Positions 11,510 through 21,372 of a DNA stretch of 64,000 bases are shown here, one piece after another. Below the pieces are notes generated by a model. It had not been told where the DNA came from and searched no databases. It saw only the letters and a list, made by a program, of their open reading frames with translations. The DNA lies in the IMG/VR virus record IMGVR_UViG_3300023174_000040, positions 248,001 to 312,000 of that record. One strand, written 5' to 3'. The translations under genes were made by a program, and so were the position numbers. How positions within the stretch are numbered: the stretch's first letter is position 1; every line of letters starts with the position of its first letter.

Positions 11510-13849
11510 TTGAGTAAACCACCACCAAATATACTGTATCCTAGAAAATATGACTCAGATGAGACTCTTTTTTTAGTTTATAATACATCTGAATCTATAC
11601 TAATCAAGGACAATCCTCCTTGGTCAGAAACCATAGAAATAAAACCATCTCCTCAAGAGTTATGGGCTAACAATGGATTCGCAAACATAAACGGAGAATT
11701 GTTTTATTACAACTCAGTAGAATTAAATTTCAATCCAGAAGTAAATGTATCAAATATTTTACTGAATTCTTCTGGGGTGTTTGTTAAAGAAAATCACGGA
11801 TTGATAGATGGTTCTATAGTTAATTTTCAAACAGCAACTAGCTCGTTTTTAGTAGGCACAAATTATTATGTTGTAGAAGCGACTCAGAATAATTTTAAAC
11901 TTTCGATCAAAAAGAATGGGTCCGCACTGTCTCCCATAGGCTCATTAAACACCAGCGGAATCGTTCTGGTCGTGGGTAGAGTTTGCAAGTTTAAGGAATG
12001 TGTCAGGAACATGGGAGGAAAGCAAACTAAATTAAATTATGCAGGAGCAAAGGTCAGAGGATTTGTAGTGGCAGAACACCACAATCAAATTGTAGATGCA
12101 ATAATAAGTTTAGAAAACTTTATAGGTTATAATTTTACAGATAATCAATCCACTTTAGATTGGAAAATAAGAAATTTAAACTCATTGCCCACAATATTTG
12201 ATGATCATTCTTGCCCAAGCGTCAACTTTACGTTCGATATTATAGATAACAATTTAACCACAGGAATAACAGCTCAATATTCTATAACAATAGATAACAG
12301 TACGGCAAGTACCAATTTCAGATTAGACTTCGGAGATGGACAATACACCACAACGGAATATCAGGGAACACACACTTATTCAATCGGATCTAATTACGAT
12401 CCCACACTGAGTGTATTTAATAATAATTGCTCACTTACATTGACTCCTACTGAGAGATTAACTCCTCTAGAGCCGGTGAAGCAGACAATAACAGATGGCT
12501 TGGATATACCAGTGCCTCCTCCTCCGCAAATTCCTCCTATACTTATCACTCCATTTCAAGTTGTTCCAAACAAATATAACATACCTCCAATTGTTTTCCC
12601 GTGTTTAGATATAGCTCAGAATACCCCCGGCACCAGTATCCCCAGCAAAATAGAGATAGTACCTCCGCTGAAGGTTCCATCTTTAATAACCATAACACCA
12701 ATCAACATACCAGGAAAAATATCAATAACACCAATTAATATACCTGGAAAGGTAGAGATTGTTGTTCCTACTCCATTTAATATACCAAGTAAAATTGAAA
12801 TTAGCCCAATTAATATACCGGGAAGAATAAGCATAGATCCAGTTCAAGTGGACATAACATCGAGTGGAATACCAATACCAAGCACGATAACAATATCTCC
12901 TATTAATATACCAAGTCATATAACTGTAGATCCTATATCAATTGATATAAATACAGCCGGAGCGGCTATACCTAGTGTGATAAATATAAATCCAATAACT
13001 GTAAATGTAGATGTTCAGGACAGCATACCTTCAGTGATAACGGTAAATTCTCCGCTAATATATTTGCCTGATGTGGTTAACATTAATTACAACGGACCAA
13101 CTATACCAAGTTCTATAAATATTAATGGAACTTCTTTGCCACCCATAGAAATAGATCCAACTGGTTTGAACGGAGTCTATATTCCAGTGAGTTGGGGACC
13201 GGTGCCAGAACTAAACTGCACCGTTACTGTTCAATGTCCCACAAGTGGCGGCGGATATGGAATGGTAAAGCCAAATGGCCTAGACGGCATGGATGATAAC
13301 ACAATGGAAATTCAAGTCAGTGACATAGGGATACCGAGTGTCATTAATGTGGTTGCCCCTAAATTCCCAGACATAAAAATAGACGCATCAGAAATTCCAA
13401 GTTCAATAAAAGTTGAAAGAATAGAAGGAATATCGGAAATTAAGATTATTCCTCCTATAATGCCCATACCTTCTGAGATAAAGATAATAAGTGAGGCCAA
13501 GATCCCATCTAGCATCCTTTTGGATGCGTCGGAATTACCTAAATCAATTCCAATTGTCAATATGGATATTCCAGAAAGTATAGGATTAAAATTAATTGGG
13601 GACTTCCCGTCCGAAATTAAATTGAATGCGGAAGGAATACCTGATACCATTCAGGTCGTAGGAATACCTCCGGTAATAGAATTAAAGGGAACAATACCTG
13701 ATACTATTCAACTTGTAATGCCTGAGAAACCAGAAATAGAAATGGTTTATAAGGGTGCACCAATTGATGTTAAAATACAACTTGATATCAGCAAGGTAAC
13801 TGGCGAAGGTGATAAATTAAATTGCGTCAGCATAGTCCCCTGCAAGTGA
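11510..13849 (+). CDS. PKD-domain structural protein with long IPxxI-repeat C-terminal shaft
   Basis: LDFGDGQYTT...HTYSIGSNY PKD; about 20 IP-x-x-I-x-I repeats. Confidence 0.65.
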   Translation: MSKPPPNILYPRKYDSDETLFLVYNTSESILIKDNPPWSETIEIKPSPQELWANNGFANINGELFYYNSVELNFNPEVNVSNILLNSSGVFVKENHGLIDGSIVNFQTATSSFLVGTNYYVVEATQNNFKLSIKKNGSALSPIGSLNTSGIVLVVGRVCKFKECVRNMGGKQTKLNYAGAKVRGFVVAEHHNQIVDAIISLENFIGYNFTDNQSTLDWKIRNLNSLPTIFDDHSCPSVNFTFDIIDNNLTTGITAQYSITIDNSTASTNFRLDFGDGQYTTTEYQGTHTYSIGSNYDPTLSVFNNNCSLTLTPTERLTPLEPVKQTITDGLDIPVPPPPQIPPILITPFQVVPNKYNIPPIVFPCLDIAQNTPGTSIPSKIEIVPPLKVPSLITITPINIPGKISITPINIPGKVEIVVPTPFNIPSKIEISPINIPGRISIDPVQVDITSSGIPIPSTITISPINIPSHITVDPISIDINTAGAAIPSVININPITVNVDVQDSIPSVITVNSPLIYLPDVVNINYNGPTIPSSININGTSLPPIEIDPTGLNGVYIPVSWGPVPELNCTVTVQCPTSGGGYGMVKPNGLDGMDDNTMEIQVSDIGIPSVINVVAPKFPDIKIDASEIPSSIKVERIEGISEIKIIPPIMPIPSEIKIISEAKIPSSILLDASELPKSIPIVNMDIPESIGLKLIGDFPSEIKLNAEGIPDTIQVVGIPPVIELKGTIPDTIQLVMPEKPEIEMVYKGAPIDVKIQLDISKVTGEGDKLNCVSIVPCK

Positions 13850-13852
13850 AAT

Positions 13853-14695
13853 ATGCAAACTAGAACTAAAAAAATAAAAAACAACGAGTTTATAAAGACT
13901 CCAAGTTATAACTTTTGGGTTAGAAACTTTTGTAATTATTCTTGTCCTTACGTTGATATAAATTCCACGACATCTGAAAAAGAATACTTTCTTTTTCTTG
14001 AGAACGAATTCTACAATAATAAAAACAGATATTCATGGATAGATTCAGAAAATATCTATCACCCAACAGTAGCAATAGTATCGGACGGTTATGATTTTGA
14101 AAACTCTCATAAAGTCTTAGAAGATCAAAACGTATGCGTGCTTGCAGTAAATGGAACTCTAAAGAAATGGAAAAACAATAAATCTCCAAATTATTATGTT
14201 GTTAACAATCCATATGATGAATGTTTAAATTATTTGCCAAGAACAAATAGAACTCTCCCCAGATGCATAGCTTCAAGCAAGACTAATCATACTTTTTTAG
14301 AAAGATACAATGGAATAAAATATAAATACTATGCAGTAAATGAAGAGAGGGTAAACTATAGTGGATCAAAAGAAAATATGTATCAAATAGATGATTATAG
14401 AAATGTAATATGCGCTGCCATTAATCTTGCATATAGATTTCAGTGCAAGAAATTACTGTTGTTATCTTGTGATGATTCCTTTATTGAAAATAAGCCGGGT
14501 AGCGTTAAATTAGAAAGCGGCCTATATTCTTATCCTCAACAAAATTTAATATCAGAAATAATAGATTGCTGTCTTCACTGGTTAAAGGGTAAAATGGATA
14601 TAAAATATTATGGGCATTCTAAAAAATTAGATAATGCTGGATACATACAACTTAGTGACGTGAAAGAATTTATAACTGATGAAAACACCATTTGA
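13853..14695 (+). CDS. MptE/DUF115- or sialyltransferase-like fold protein
   Basis: VAIVSDG, VLAVNG, YYVVNNP, ICAAINLAYRFQCKKLLLLSCDDSF. Confidence 0.5.
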   Translation: MQTRTKKIKNNEFIKTPSYNFWVRNFCNYSCPYVDINSTTSEKEYFLFLENEFYNNKNRYSWIDSENIYHPTVAIVSDGYDFENSHKVLEDQNVCVLAVNGTLKKWKNNKSPNYYVVNNPYDECLNYLPRTNRTLPRCIASSKTNHTFLERYNGIKYKYYAVNEERVNYSGSKENMYQIDDYRNVICAAINLAYRFQCKKLLLLSCDDSFIENKPGSVKLESGLYSYPQQNLISEIIDCCLHWLKGKMDIKYYGHSKKLDNAGYIQLSDVKEFITDENTI

Positions 14696-14957
14696 CGACA
14701 ACTTTTCATTTTTGAATGAATTTAATAAGTGGATAAAACAGGACAAAGTTCCCTCTATGCCAAAGCTCCAAGAAAGAGTCTATCCAAAAAATACAAAAAA
14801 TCTTGGCACTAAAATAACAATAGACGAGGGAAATCACAAAGAAATAAAAAAAGATTTCATAAGAAGTGGCGGGACAGTCATAGGTAGTGAGGAAGATCTC
14901 CTGAGACTAGAGGTTAACGCAGGAACTTTTTACATAAACAAAAAATACGTTTATTGA
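14679..14957 (+). CDS. Hypothetical protein
   Basis: 92 aa ORF overlapping upstream stop. Confidence 0.5.
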   Translation: MKTPFDDNFSFLNEFNKWIKQDKVPSMPKLQERVYPKNTKNLGTKITIDEGNHKEIKKDFIRSGGTVIGSEEDLLRLEVNAGTFYINKKYVY

Positions 14958-15325
14958 ATCGTCCCCTTCTGGACCATGTTTTTTTGTTTTGGGAAATTGT
15001 TTATATTAACAACAACCTGAGGGGTTATAAGTATCATAGGGTTACCATTGACTGGGATATTGGAGTATCCTCTGGCTTTTAGATTTAGTTTTATTTCATC
15101 AAAAGTTTCGGCAGTCTGGACCCATGGTTCCCAATATATTTTGTTTTGTTCGATGGTATCGGCTATCTTGCCTTCCCAGCTTGGAGGAAGCCCAAGTATT
15201 TTAATACTAGACAAAGCAATTGGATTAATTTCTCTACATAATAATTTGGCTAGTATCTGTACACCTTTTTTATCTCTCTTTGCCAAATAAAGCCATAAAA
15301 TTTTAAGATCTTTTTGTTTGTTCAT
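14951..15325 (-). CDS. Hypothetical protein (start moved to MNKQKD)
   Basis: ATG at 15325 avoids overlap with the divergent gene. Confidence 0.55.
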   Translation of the reverse strand: MNKQKDLKILWLYLAKRDKKGVQILAKLLCREINPIALSSIKILGLPPSWEGKIADTIEQNKIYWEPWVQTAETFDEIKLNLKARGYSNIPVNGNPMILITPQVVVNINNFPKQKNMVQKGTIQ

Positions 15326-15359
15326 ATAATTTTTTATTTTATTAATATATATAACATAT

Positions 15360-15902
15360 ATGAGTAAATTCAAGGTAAAACTAAAGAACGCAGTCCAAGG
15401 ATTGCTAGATATATATAACGAAGACATAAGCATTCAAAGAAGTATTTATGTTACAGGCCCTCTTGGAAAGCACAGAGAATTAAAGGATGGTCAAATATTC
15501 ACAGATTCCAATTACTGGAAAAGATATGCTTATCCACAAGCCAAATTAGAAGATGCGTTCATAGAGGTGCTAGAGGATGACGGGTCTGTTTATGTTGATA
15601 AAACAAATAATAACGCCCCCAGAGTTTACATATTATCAGTAGAGGGAGATTTTGAAAACAATGTAGTAGACTTGGGTGTTAGTGAATTTGCCGAGTTCGT
15701 ACAAATATCAAACAGAGGGTCAGATACTGTCAGCGTTAGAATAAATTCATCGAATGATGCAATTTTTGGACTTTTAGGAAGTGAAACACAAGTCTTTAAT
15801 ACAGGTGATCTAAACATCCAAAAAATAGAATTTTCAAACGATAACCAAGAAACAGTCCCCGTTCAAGTAATAGCATCGGTGAATGTAGTATCAGGGAGTT
15901 AA
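15360..15902 (+). CDS. Hypothetical protein, beta-rich C-terminus
   Basis: 180 aa ORF preceded by TATATA element. Confidence 0.6.
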   Translation: MSKFKVKLKNAVQGLLDIYNEDISIQRSIYVTGPLGKHRELKDGQIFTDSNYWKRYAYPQAKLEDAFIEVLEDDGSVYVDKTNNNAPRVYILSVEGDFENNVVDLGVSEFAEFVQISNRGSDTVSVRINSSNDAIFGLLGSETQVFNTGDLNIQKIEFSNDNQETVPVQVIASVNVVSGS

Positions 15903-15904
15903 TA

Positions 15905-16135
15905 ATGCCTCAACTCATTAAACCAGGTGATGTAAAAATAATAACAAAGGATGGAGAGGTTAAAATATCTATCTCTTTGGATTTGAATATAAATATGGGA
16001 GAAATCTCTAGTGGGGTTGGAATATTAAAGAGTAATATTGAAGAAAAAATAAACAAAAAAGAAGAAGACAAAGTCCAGTGGGCAATCCCGGATTTTGCAC
16101 CAACAGAAAAAATTAACTTTGGAAAGGGTGGCTGA
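15905..16135 (+). CDS. Hypothetical protein
   Basis: 76 aa ORF, 2 nt after previous stop. Confidence 0.5.
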   Translation: MPQLIKPGDVKIITKDGEVKISISLDLNINMGEISSGVGILKSNIEEKINKKEEDKVQWAIPDFAPTEKINFGKGG

Positions 16136-16826
16136 TTCAGTGGTTGGGATATATGGAATTAAAAATAAAATAAACGGAAATATTTATATCGGACAAAGTA
16201 TAAAAATTGAAAGAAGATGGTCTAAACATAAAACGGAACTAAAGAAAAATAAACATCCAAACCAATACCTACTTAATTCATATAACAAATACGGAAAAGA
16301 TAATTTTGAGTTTTTAATATTAGAAGAATGCGAAAAAGAAAAATTAAATTCCATGGAAGAAAAATGGATCAATGTCTTCTCTAGGGAGAAAATATATAAT
16401 ATTAACTTAAATGTAATTGATCTTAATGGAGAGAAAAACCCATTTTTTGGTAAAAAACACAGTATAAAAACAAAGAAAAAAATGTCAATTTTGAAAAAAA
16501 ATAATTATAAAGGAGATCTTAATCCAAATTTTGGAAAAAAACAATCAAAAGAATCAAGATTGAAAATGACTCTAGGGAGAGCTAAAAGCGGTCTAACAAT
16601 AGAAAACGTTTTAGAAATAAAACAACTACTGCTATATGGTATAGAACATAAAGTAATAGCAGAAAAATTTAAAGTTGGACGAACAGTAATAACTAGAATA
16701 TCCAACGGTACTAGGTGGACGAATGTTACCGGTGGTCCAGTTGTACCTGTAGTTTATGACACTGATGGAAGAAGAAGAATTTCTGAGAACCATCGTAAAA
16801 ACAAAAAAAGAAAAAAGGAGAAATAA
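16128..16826 (+). mobile_element. Free-standing GIY-YIG homing endonuclease with NUMOD3 repeats and C-terminal HTH
   Basis: GIYGIKNKINGNIYIGQS...R..KH...L...H.N..L..SYNKYG; NPFFGKKHS and NPNFGKKQS; probable GTG start at 16128. Confidence 0.9.
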
Positions 16827-16827
16827 A

Positions 16828-17832
16828 ATGGGTATTGGCGCAGATGTTGGAACTTATAATTTAATCAATTGCAAAAGGGATGATGCAGGTAATTTTTCTT
16901 ACAAAAAAGAAGTGAATGCATTCATAGAACTCCCACTAGAGAACCGATTTGTTTTCAATATGATGAAACAAGCTGGTGTTCCGTTGATAGAGAGAGCCAA
17001 TGTAGCCTATGCACTTGGTGAGGCAGCGGTCAACATGGCCTATACCATGAACAGCCTCGAATTAAAAAGACCGATGGTGGCGGGGTGTGTTAATCCAAAG
17101 GAAAAAGATGCTTTTCAAATAATGAGTATTATGATTCATAGTCTAATAGGAGAGGTTTCACAAGATAAAGAATTACTTTATTACAGTGTTCCTGCGAACG
17201 CAATCAATGAAGAGACTGACGCCGATTATCACGGCAAAATCTTAGAAGCCATATTCAAGTCATATAGATCAGAGAAGGGCTTCTCAGTCGATCCTAGGCC
17301 CATTAATGAGGCATTGGCTATAATATATGCTGAACTGGCTCATAAATCATATACGGGCATAGCAGCATCTTTTGGCGGTGGTATGGTAAATGTTTGTTAT
17401 GCAATGTTTGGCAATCCAATATTTAGCTTCTCGATAGTGAATAGTGGTGACTGGATTGATAAGATGGCCGGGAAAGCCGTTGGTGAAAGTCCAACTTTTA
17501 TTAATAAAGAAAAAACAAAAATAGACTTAACAAAACCAGCCACTACTCTTGTTGAGAGAGCAATACAAACCCAGTACAGATTAATGATAGAACACACTGT
17601 AACTGAGATCAAAAAAGGTTTCGCTAATGTTCAGAAAAACGTAAGAACAGAAGACGAAGTAGACTTTGTCGTTGCCGGTGGAACTGCCACTCCAAACGGA
17701 TTCAAAGAAATGCTTGGAGAGTGCTTGAAACAAGCAGAAATACCAGTTAAAATAGGACAGATCATTAAACCAGAAGATAATTTATATTCTGTTGCGAAGG
17801 GTTGCTTGTTAGCGGCAGAAAACGCAAAATGA
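16828..17832 (+). CDS. Actin-fold ATPase (MreB/ParM/FtsA superfamily)
   Basis: ADVGT (phosphate 1), INEALA (connect 1), SFGGGMVN (phosphate 2), VAGGT (adenosine), VAKGCLLAA (connect 2); AGGAG RBS before ATG 16828. Confidence 0.85.
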   Translation: MGIGADVGTYNLINCKRDDAGNFSYKKEVNAFIELPLENRFVFNMMKQAGVPLIERANVAYALGEAAVNMAYTMNSLELKRPMVAGCVNPKEKDAFQIMSIMIHSLIGEVSQDKELLYYSVPANAINEETDADYHGKILEAIFKSYRSEKGFSVDPRPINEALAIIYAELAHKSYTGIAASFGGGMVNVCYAMFGNPIFSFSIVNSGDWIDKMAGKAVGESPTFINKEKTKIDLTKPATTLVERAIQTQYRLMIEHTVTEIKKGFANVQKNVRTEDEVDFVVAGGTATPNGFKEMLGECLKQAEIPVKIGQIIKPEDNLYSVAKGCLLAAENAK

Positions 17833-17939
17833 TTCATCCGCCATGTGTGGAAGGAAATCTTTCATCGTCCGCAAGGGCGATGATTGCATTTTTAGGCATA
17901 AAAAGCACAAAATAAATTTCTTTATAACTATATTATTAC

Positions 17940-18389
17940 ATGGAAAAAAATAAAAGTGTTAGCGACCTAGGCTCAGCAGCCTATATATTAATGCACAACT
18001 ATCGTGTTGTTGGGCGCAAAGGCAAAGAAATAATCTTCGAAGTAGAGAATGAAGAGAAATTCGACGAGCTTTGTTTGGATTATCTTTCTAGCGAATTCCA
18101 TAGATTTGATAGCTGCATAATGTCGCTCAAAAAGATAAAAGAATATAATTTTGATTCTAGAAATACCAGATTTGCAACAGATCTGGGTGTTGCTGCTTAT
18201 ATTCTAATGCACAAGTATAAAGTTCTTGGAAAACGTGGAAAATCAATATACTTTGAAGTAGAAAATGAAGAAGTCAATAGTAAATTTCAAGGTTTGGCCC
18301 TAGAGTATCTTTCTAGCGATTTCCACCGATTTGATAGTTGCCTCATGTCTTTAAAGAAAATCGGGGAATATATTTCCGAGTCTAATTAA
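17940..18389 (+). CDS. Tandem-duplicated small domain protein (DUF5659-like)
   Basis: Two near-identical halves: DLGxAAYILMHxYxVxGxxGKxIxFEVE...DYLSSxFHRFDSCxMSLKK. Confidence 0.65.
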   Translation: MEKNKSVSDLGSAAYILMHNYRVVGRKGKEIIFEVENEEKFDELCLDYLSSEFHRFDSCIMSLKKIKEYNFDSRNTRFATDLGVAAYILMHKYKVLGKRGKSIYFEVENEEVNSKFQGLALEYLSSDFHRFDSCLMSLKKIGEYISESN

Positions 18390-18402
18390 TATATAAGTTA
18401 TT

Positions 18403-19146
18403 ATGATAACTGATATTGAAAAGAAAAAATTAGAATTATCCCTTAAAATAGATGAACTAATAAAAGAACTCAAAAATAAATTCTTGACATCGGCATCGCC
18501 TGTAGCATCAGGCCCCGATGGAAAGATGGGTGTATGGGACCACGTTAAGAATTGGTGGAATAAATTTAGATATGGTAAATTTGGCAACCTAGCCCAGGTT
18601 GAACAGGACCCAGAGGCAAAAAAAGACACAGCAAAGGCTGGGGATGAGCCAAAATCAGAGTGTTATCAATTTTCTTTTCAAGAATATAGAGCTATTAAAG
18701 ATAGTTGTGATATCTTAGAGACAATTATAGAAAAAAATCAAGATAGTCTAAATGAGGAAGAGTCGGAAAATCTCAAGAATCTAAGATTATTCAGAATAAT
18801 AGATGATTGGGGAAAGAAATTTAAACAAGTAATATTAGATTTGGTTTATTCTGCTGAGTCGACTCCGGTAGCTCCGGTTGAGGGAGAAGGTGTTAGAAAA
18901 TCTGAGCCTACGGTGGGCCCATCGGATCCAAAAGAAAAAGAAAAGTCAACAGCATTGGCCCCAGAAGTTAAGCCCAAGGAGAAAAAGCAAAGAAAACCAA
19001 GAGTAAAGAAGTCTAAGGTAAAAGAAAAAGCAGACACTGCGGACTCAACCACAGAAGAAAAAGTTGACTCTCCCGAGGCAGTTAAAAAAGCACTAGCTAA
19101 ATTAAAATCAGAAAATCCAGATCTTGATTTTGATTGGCGTTCGTAG
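18403..19146 (+). CDS. Hypothetical protein with charged, disordered C-terminus
   Basis: 247 aa ORF preceded by TATATA. Confidence 0.55.
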   Translation: MITDIEKKKLELSLKIDELIKELKNKFLTSASPVASGPDGKMGVWDHVKNWWNKFRYGKFGNLAQVEQDPEAKKDTAKAGDEPKSECYQFSFQEYRAIKDSCDILETIIEKNQDSLNEEESENLKNLRLFRIIDDWGKKFKQVILDLVYSAESTPVAPVEGEGVRKSEPTVGPSDPKEKEKSTALAPEVKPKEKKQRKPRVKKSKVKEKADTADSTTEEKVDSPEAVKKALAKLKSENPDLDFDWRS

Positions 19147-19155
19147 CCGGTCTAA

Positions 19156-19527
19156 TTACCCCTGTGGCTTTAAAAGCATATTTAAATTATTAATATCTAT
19201 ATTATCTCCGTTGTTGAAGACTATGTTTTTATCAACTGGCTTTTCAGATTTATTATTATTGAATTCACTTATTATTTCCTGATGCTCAGGATTATCTGGG
19301 TCTAGTTGCTGCTCTTCGCAGATCCCAACAATATTACTAAAAAAGAAAAAGTTTTTACAACCTGTTATTGGGTGCAAGGTTTCTATTCCATCAATATGAA
19401 CCGATTGACATATGCCAGTAAAATAATCATTGAATTGATTTTCTGTAAACTTCCTTCCTATATGAACAGTGAATACAGTTATTGGCTTACCTATAAAATA
19501 CCTAAATTTTTCCAAGTCCATAATCAA
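19156..19527 (-). CDS. Hypothetical protein, possibly Sm-like fold
   Basis: 123 aa ORF in operon with primase. Confidence 0.5.
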   Translation of the reverse strand: MIMDLEKFRYFIGKPITVFTVHIGRKFTENQFNDYFTGICQSVHIDGIETLHPITGCKNFFFFSNIVGICEEQQLDPDNPEHQEIISEFNNNKSEKPVDKNIVFNNGDNIDINNLNMLLKPQG

Positions 19528-19532
19528 TTCCT

Positions 19533-20591
19533 TTATATTGTTTTGATCTTAAAATAGTCTCCGCCCGTCCCGAATGGTGCCTGGAAATCTAAATTTTTCC
19601 TAGAGGCCAAAATATAATTTTTAAGTATCCTTGGCCCCTCTTTAACATACATTTCATTCCAGTCTTTATACAGCTTATGCGGGCTGACAAACATCAGTCT
19701 TTGGTCGGATCCATTTGTTTGCATATTCTGGCTAGCCATCATACTCATTGATGTACTGCCCTGGAGACCCGCTTTATCATTATCTAAGCAGATTACAATT
19801 TTATAGTCTTTTATCAAAGACATTTGTTTTTCGCTAAGGTTTTTTCCACCACATGCAATTGAGTTTAACCCAGAGTGGAAAATACTCAAAGCATCAAACT
19901 CTCCCTCACACACATAGACGAAATTATCTTTATCGGGCCAACTTCCACCGGCCATAAATAAAACATCACCTTTACCAATACCTATACTCTTATCTGGCCC
20001 CAGGTATCTGAGGCTAGACTTACCAATATGTCTAGCATTAAAATAGAATAAGTCTCCATCTCTATCATAGTAAGGAATAACTATTCTAGCTTTATATGGT
20101 GCGGTTCTGCAGATGTATAGGCCATCAGGGGGTATCTTTCTTTTCTCTAGATACTCAACGGCTAAATTTCTCCAAAAATTATTTTTTGGCAAACTATTTA
20201 TTAAGCTACTTCCCTCTGGGAGGGATATTGTCTTTTTTTCTTGAACTTTACTAGGAGATTCCTTGTCATCATCCAAATTATCAAAGAAGTCGTAAAGTTT
20301 ATCCTCCAGCTCTCTTATACTGCTTCTGCCATTTAATGTGAGATAAGCATCTTCATAAGAACACTTATCTACTATCTTTATTAATTTTACCAGGCTCCCC
20401 TTCTTATCGGTTTTGAAACAATGGAATACCCCATTCTTTCTTTTAGTTTTACCGCCAGAGGGAGAGCACCACAAATGGTGCTTTGAATCTTCTGCGAAAA
20501 CAGAATTAACTCTGATCTCAGATCCGTGAACAACTATATCGCCCAGTGCTTTTTCAGCCCACTTCTTAAAGTTATCAAAAATATCACTCAT
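19533..20591 (-). CDS. DNA primase (Zn-binding plus Toprim; T4 gp61/DnaG-like)
   Basis: HLWC...FHCFK; VCEGEFDALS; ICLDNDKAG; KDWNEM. Confidence 0.88.
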   Translation of the reverse strand: MSDIFDNFKKWAEKALGDIVVHGSEIRVNSVFAEDSKHHLWCSPSGGKTKRKNGVFHCFKTDKKGSLVKLIKIVDKCSYEDAYLTLNGRSSIRELEDKLYDFFDNLDDDKESPSKVQEKKTISLPEGSSLINSLPKNNFWRNLAVEYLEKRKIPPDGLYICRTAPYKARIVIPYYDRDGDLFYFNARHIGKSSLRYLGPDKSIGIGKGDVLFMAGGSWPDKDNFVYVCEGEFDALSIFHSGLNSIACGGKNLSEKQMSLIKDYKIVICLDNDKAGLQGSTSMSMMASQNMQTNGSDQRLMFVSPHKLYKDWNEMYVKEGPRILKNYILASRKNLDFQAPFGTGGDYFKIKTI

Positions 20592-20616
20592 GTTTAGACT
20601 ATACTATAATATATTT

Positions 20617-21372
20617 ATGAAAATACAACACATATCAGTTAGCAGAAAACAACTTTGGGATCAATGCGAACAAGCATACAAATATAAATACCACCTTGAA
20701 ATCAAGTCACCCGAACCAGAACCAGAGTACTTTTTATACGGAAAACTTGTCCATAAGATAGCAGAAGAATACGTGAAAAACAAGGGAGAAGTGGAGATAG
20801 AGAGTTTTTTACACCCATATTTAAAGGGAGAATTGCTCCTTGAAAATAAGAAAGTAGAACTAACAAAAGATTATAAAAATAAATTAAAAGAACATCTAGC
20901 AAATATTAAAAAATTAAATGACAGAATTGGATTCGATGGAGAAACAGAATACTTTTTTAAGTATGATCTCGAGCCACCAAAAGAAAAATTTGTCACAGGT
21001 GTCATAGACCGAATCTTAATAAAAGATGAAAAATGTTTTATTATAGATTATAAAACAACAAAAAAAGGATTTTGGAGAAAGAATTCAGACACCATAAGAA
21101 AAGACATCCAGCTTCTTTGTTACGCTAGGGTGGTTCAAAAGAATTTTGGAATAAAACCAGAAAATATAAGGGCGGCCCTTTATTATTTGGATGGAGGAGA
21201 TATAGTTCCAACTAAATTCAATGAAAACATGCTAATAAATGCAGAAAGTTTATTGTTGGATACTTACAACAATATAGTGGAGAAAGACCCAGAATTAGTA
21301 AGAGGAAGAGTTGGAAATCATTGCAATAGATGCGACTTTAGAAAAATGTGCACTTGGTATAGATCAAGCTAA
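20617..21372 (+). CDS. PD-(D/E)XK RecB/Cas4-like exonuclease
   Basis: DQCEQAY, GKLVH, GVIDRI, IIDYKT, QLLCYA, CNRCDFRKMC. Confidence 0.85.
   Translation: MKIQHISVSRKQLWDQCEQAYKYKYHLEIKSPEPEPEYFLYGKLVHKIAEEYVKNKGEVEIESFLHPYLKGELLLENKKVELTKDYKNKLKEHLANIKKLNDRIGFDGETEYFFKYDLEPPKEKFVTGVIDRILIKDEKCFIIDYKTTKKGFWRKNSDTIRKDIQLLCYARVVQKNFGIKPENIRAALYYLDGGDIVPTKFNENMLINAESLLLDTYNNIVEKDPELVRGRVGNHCNRCDFRKMCTWYRSS

Noticed and set aside
20617-21372. Cas4-like nuclease as part of a CRISPR system
   Set aside because: No cas1/cas2 or repeat-spacer array seen anywhere in the window; solo phage nucleases of this type are common
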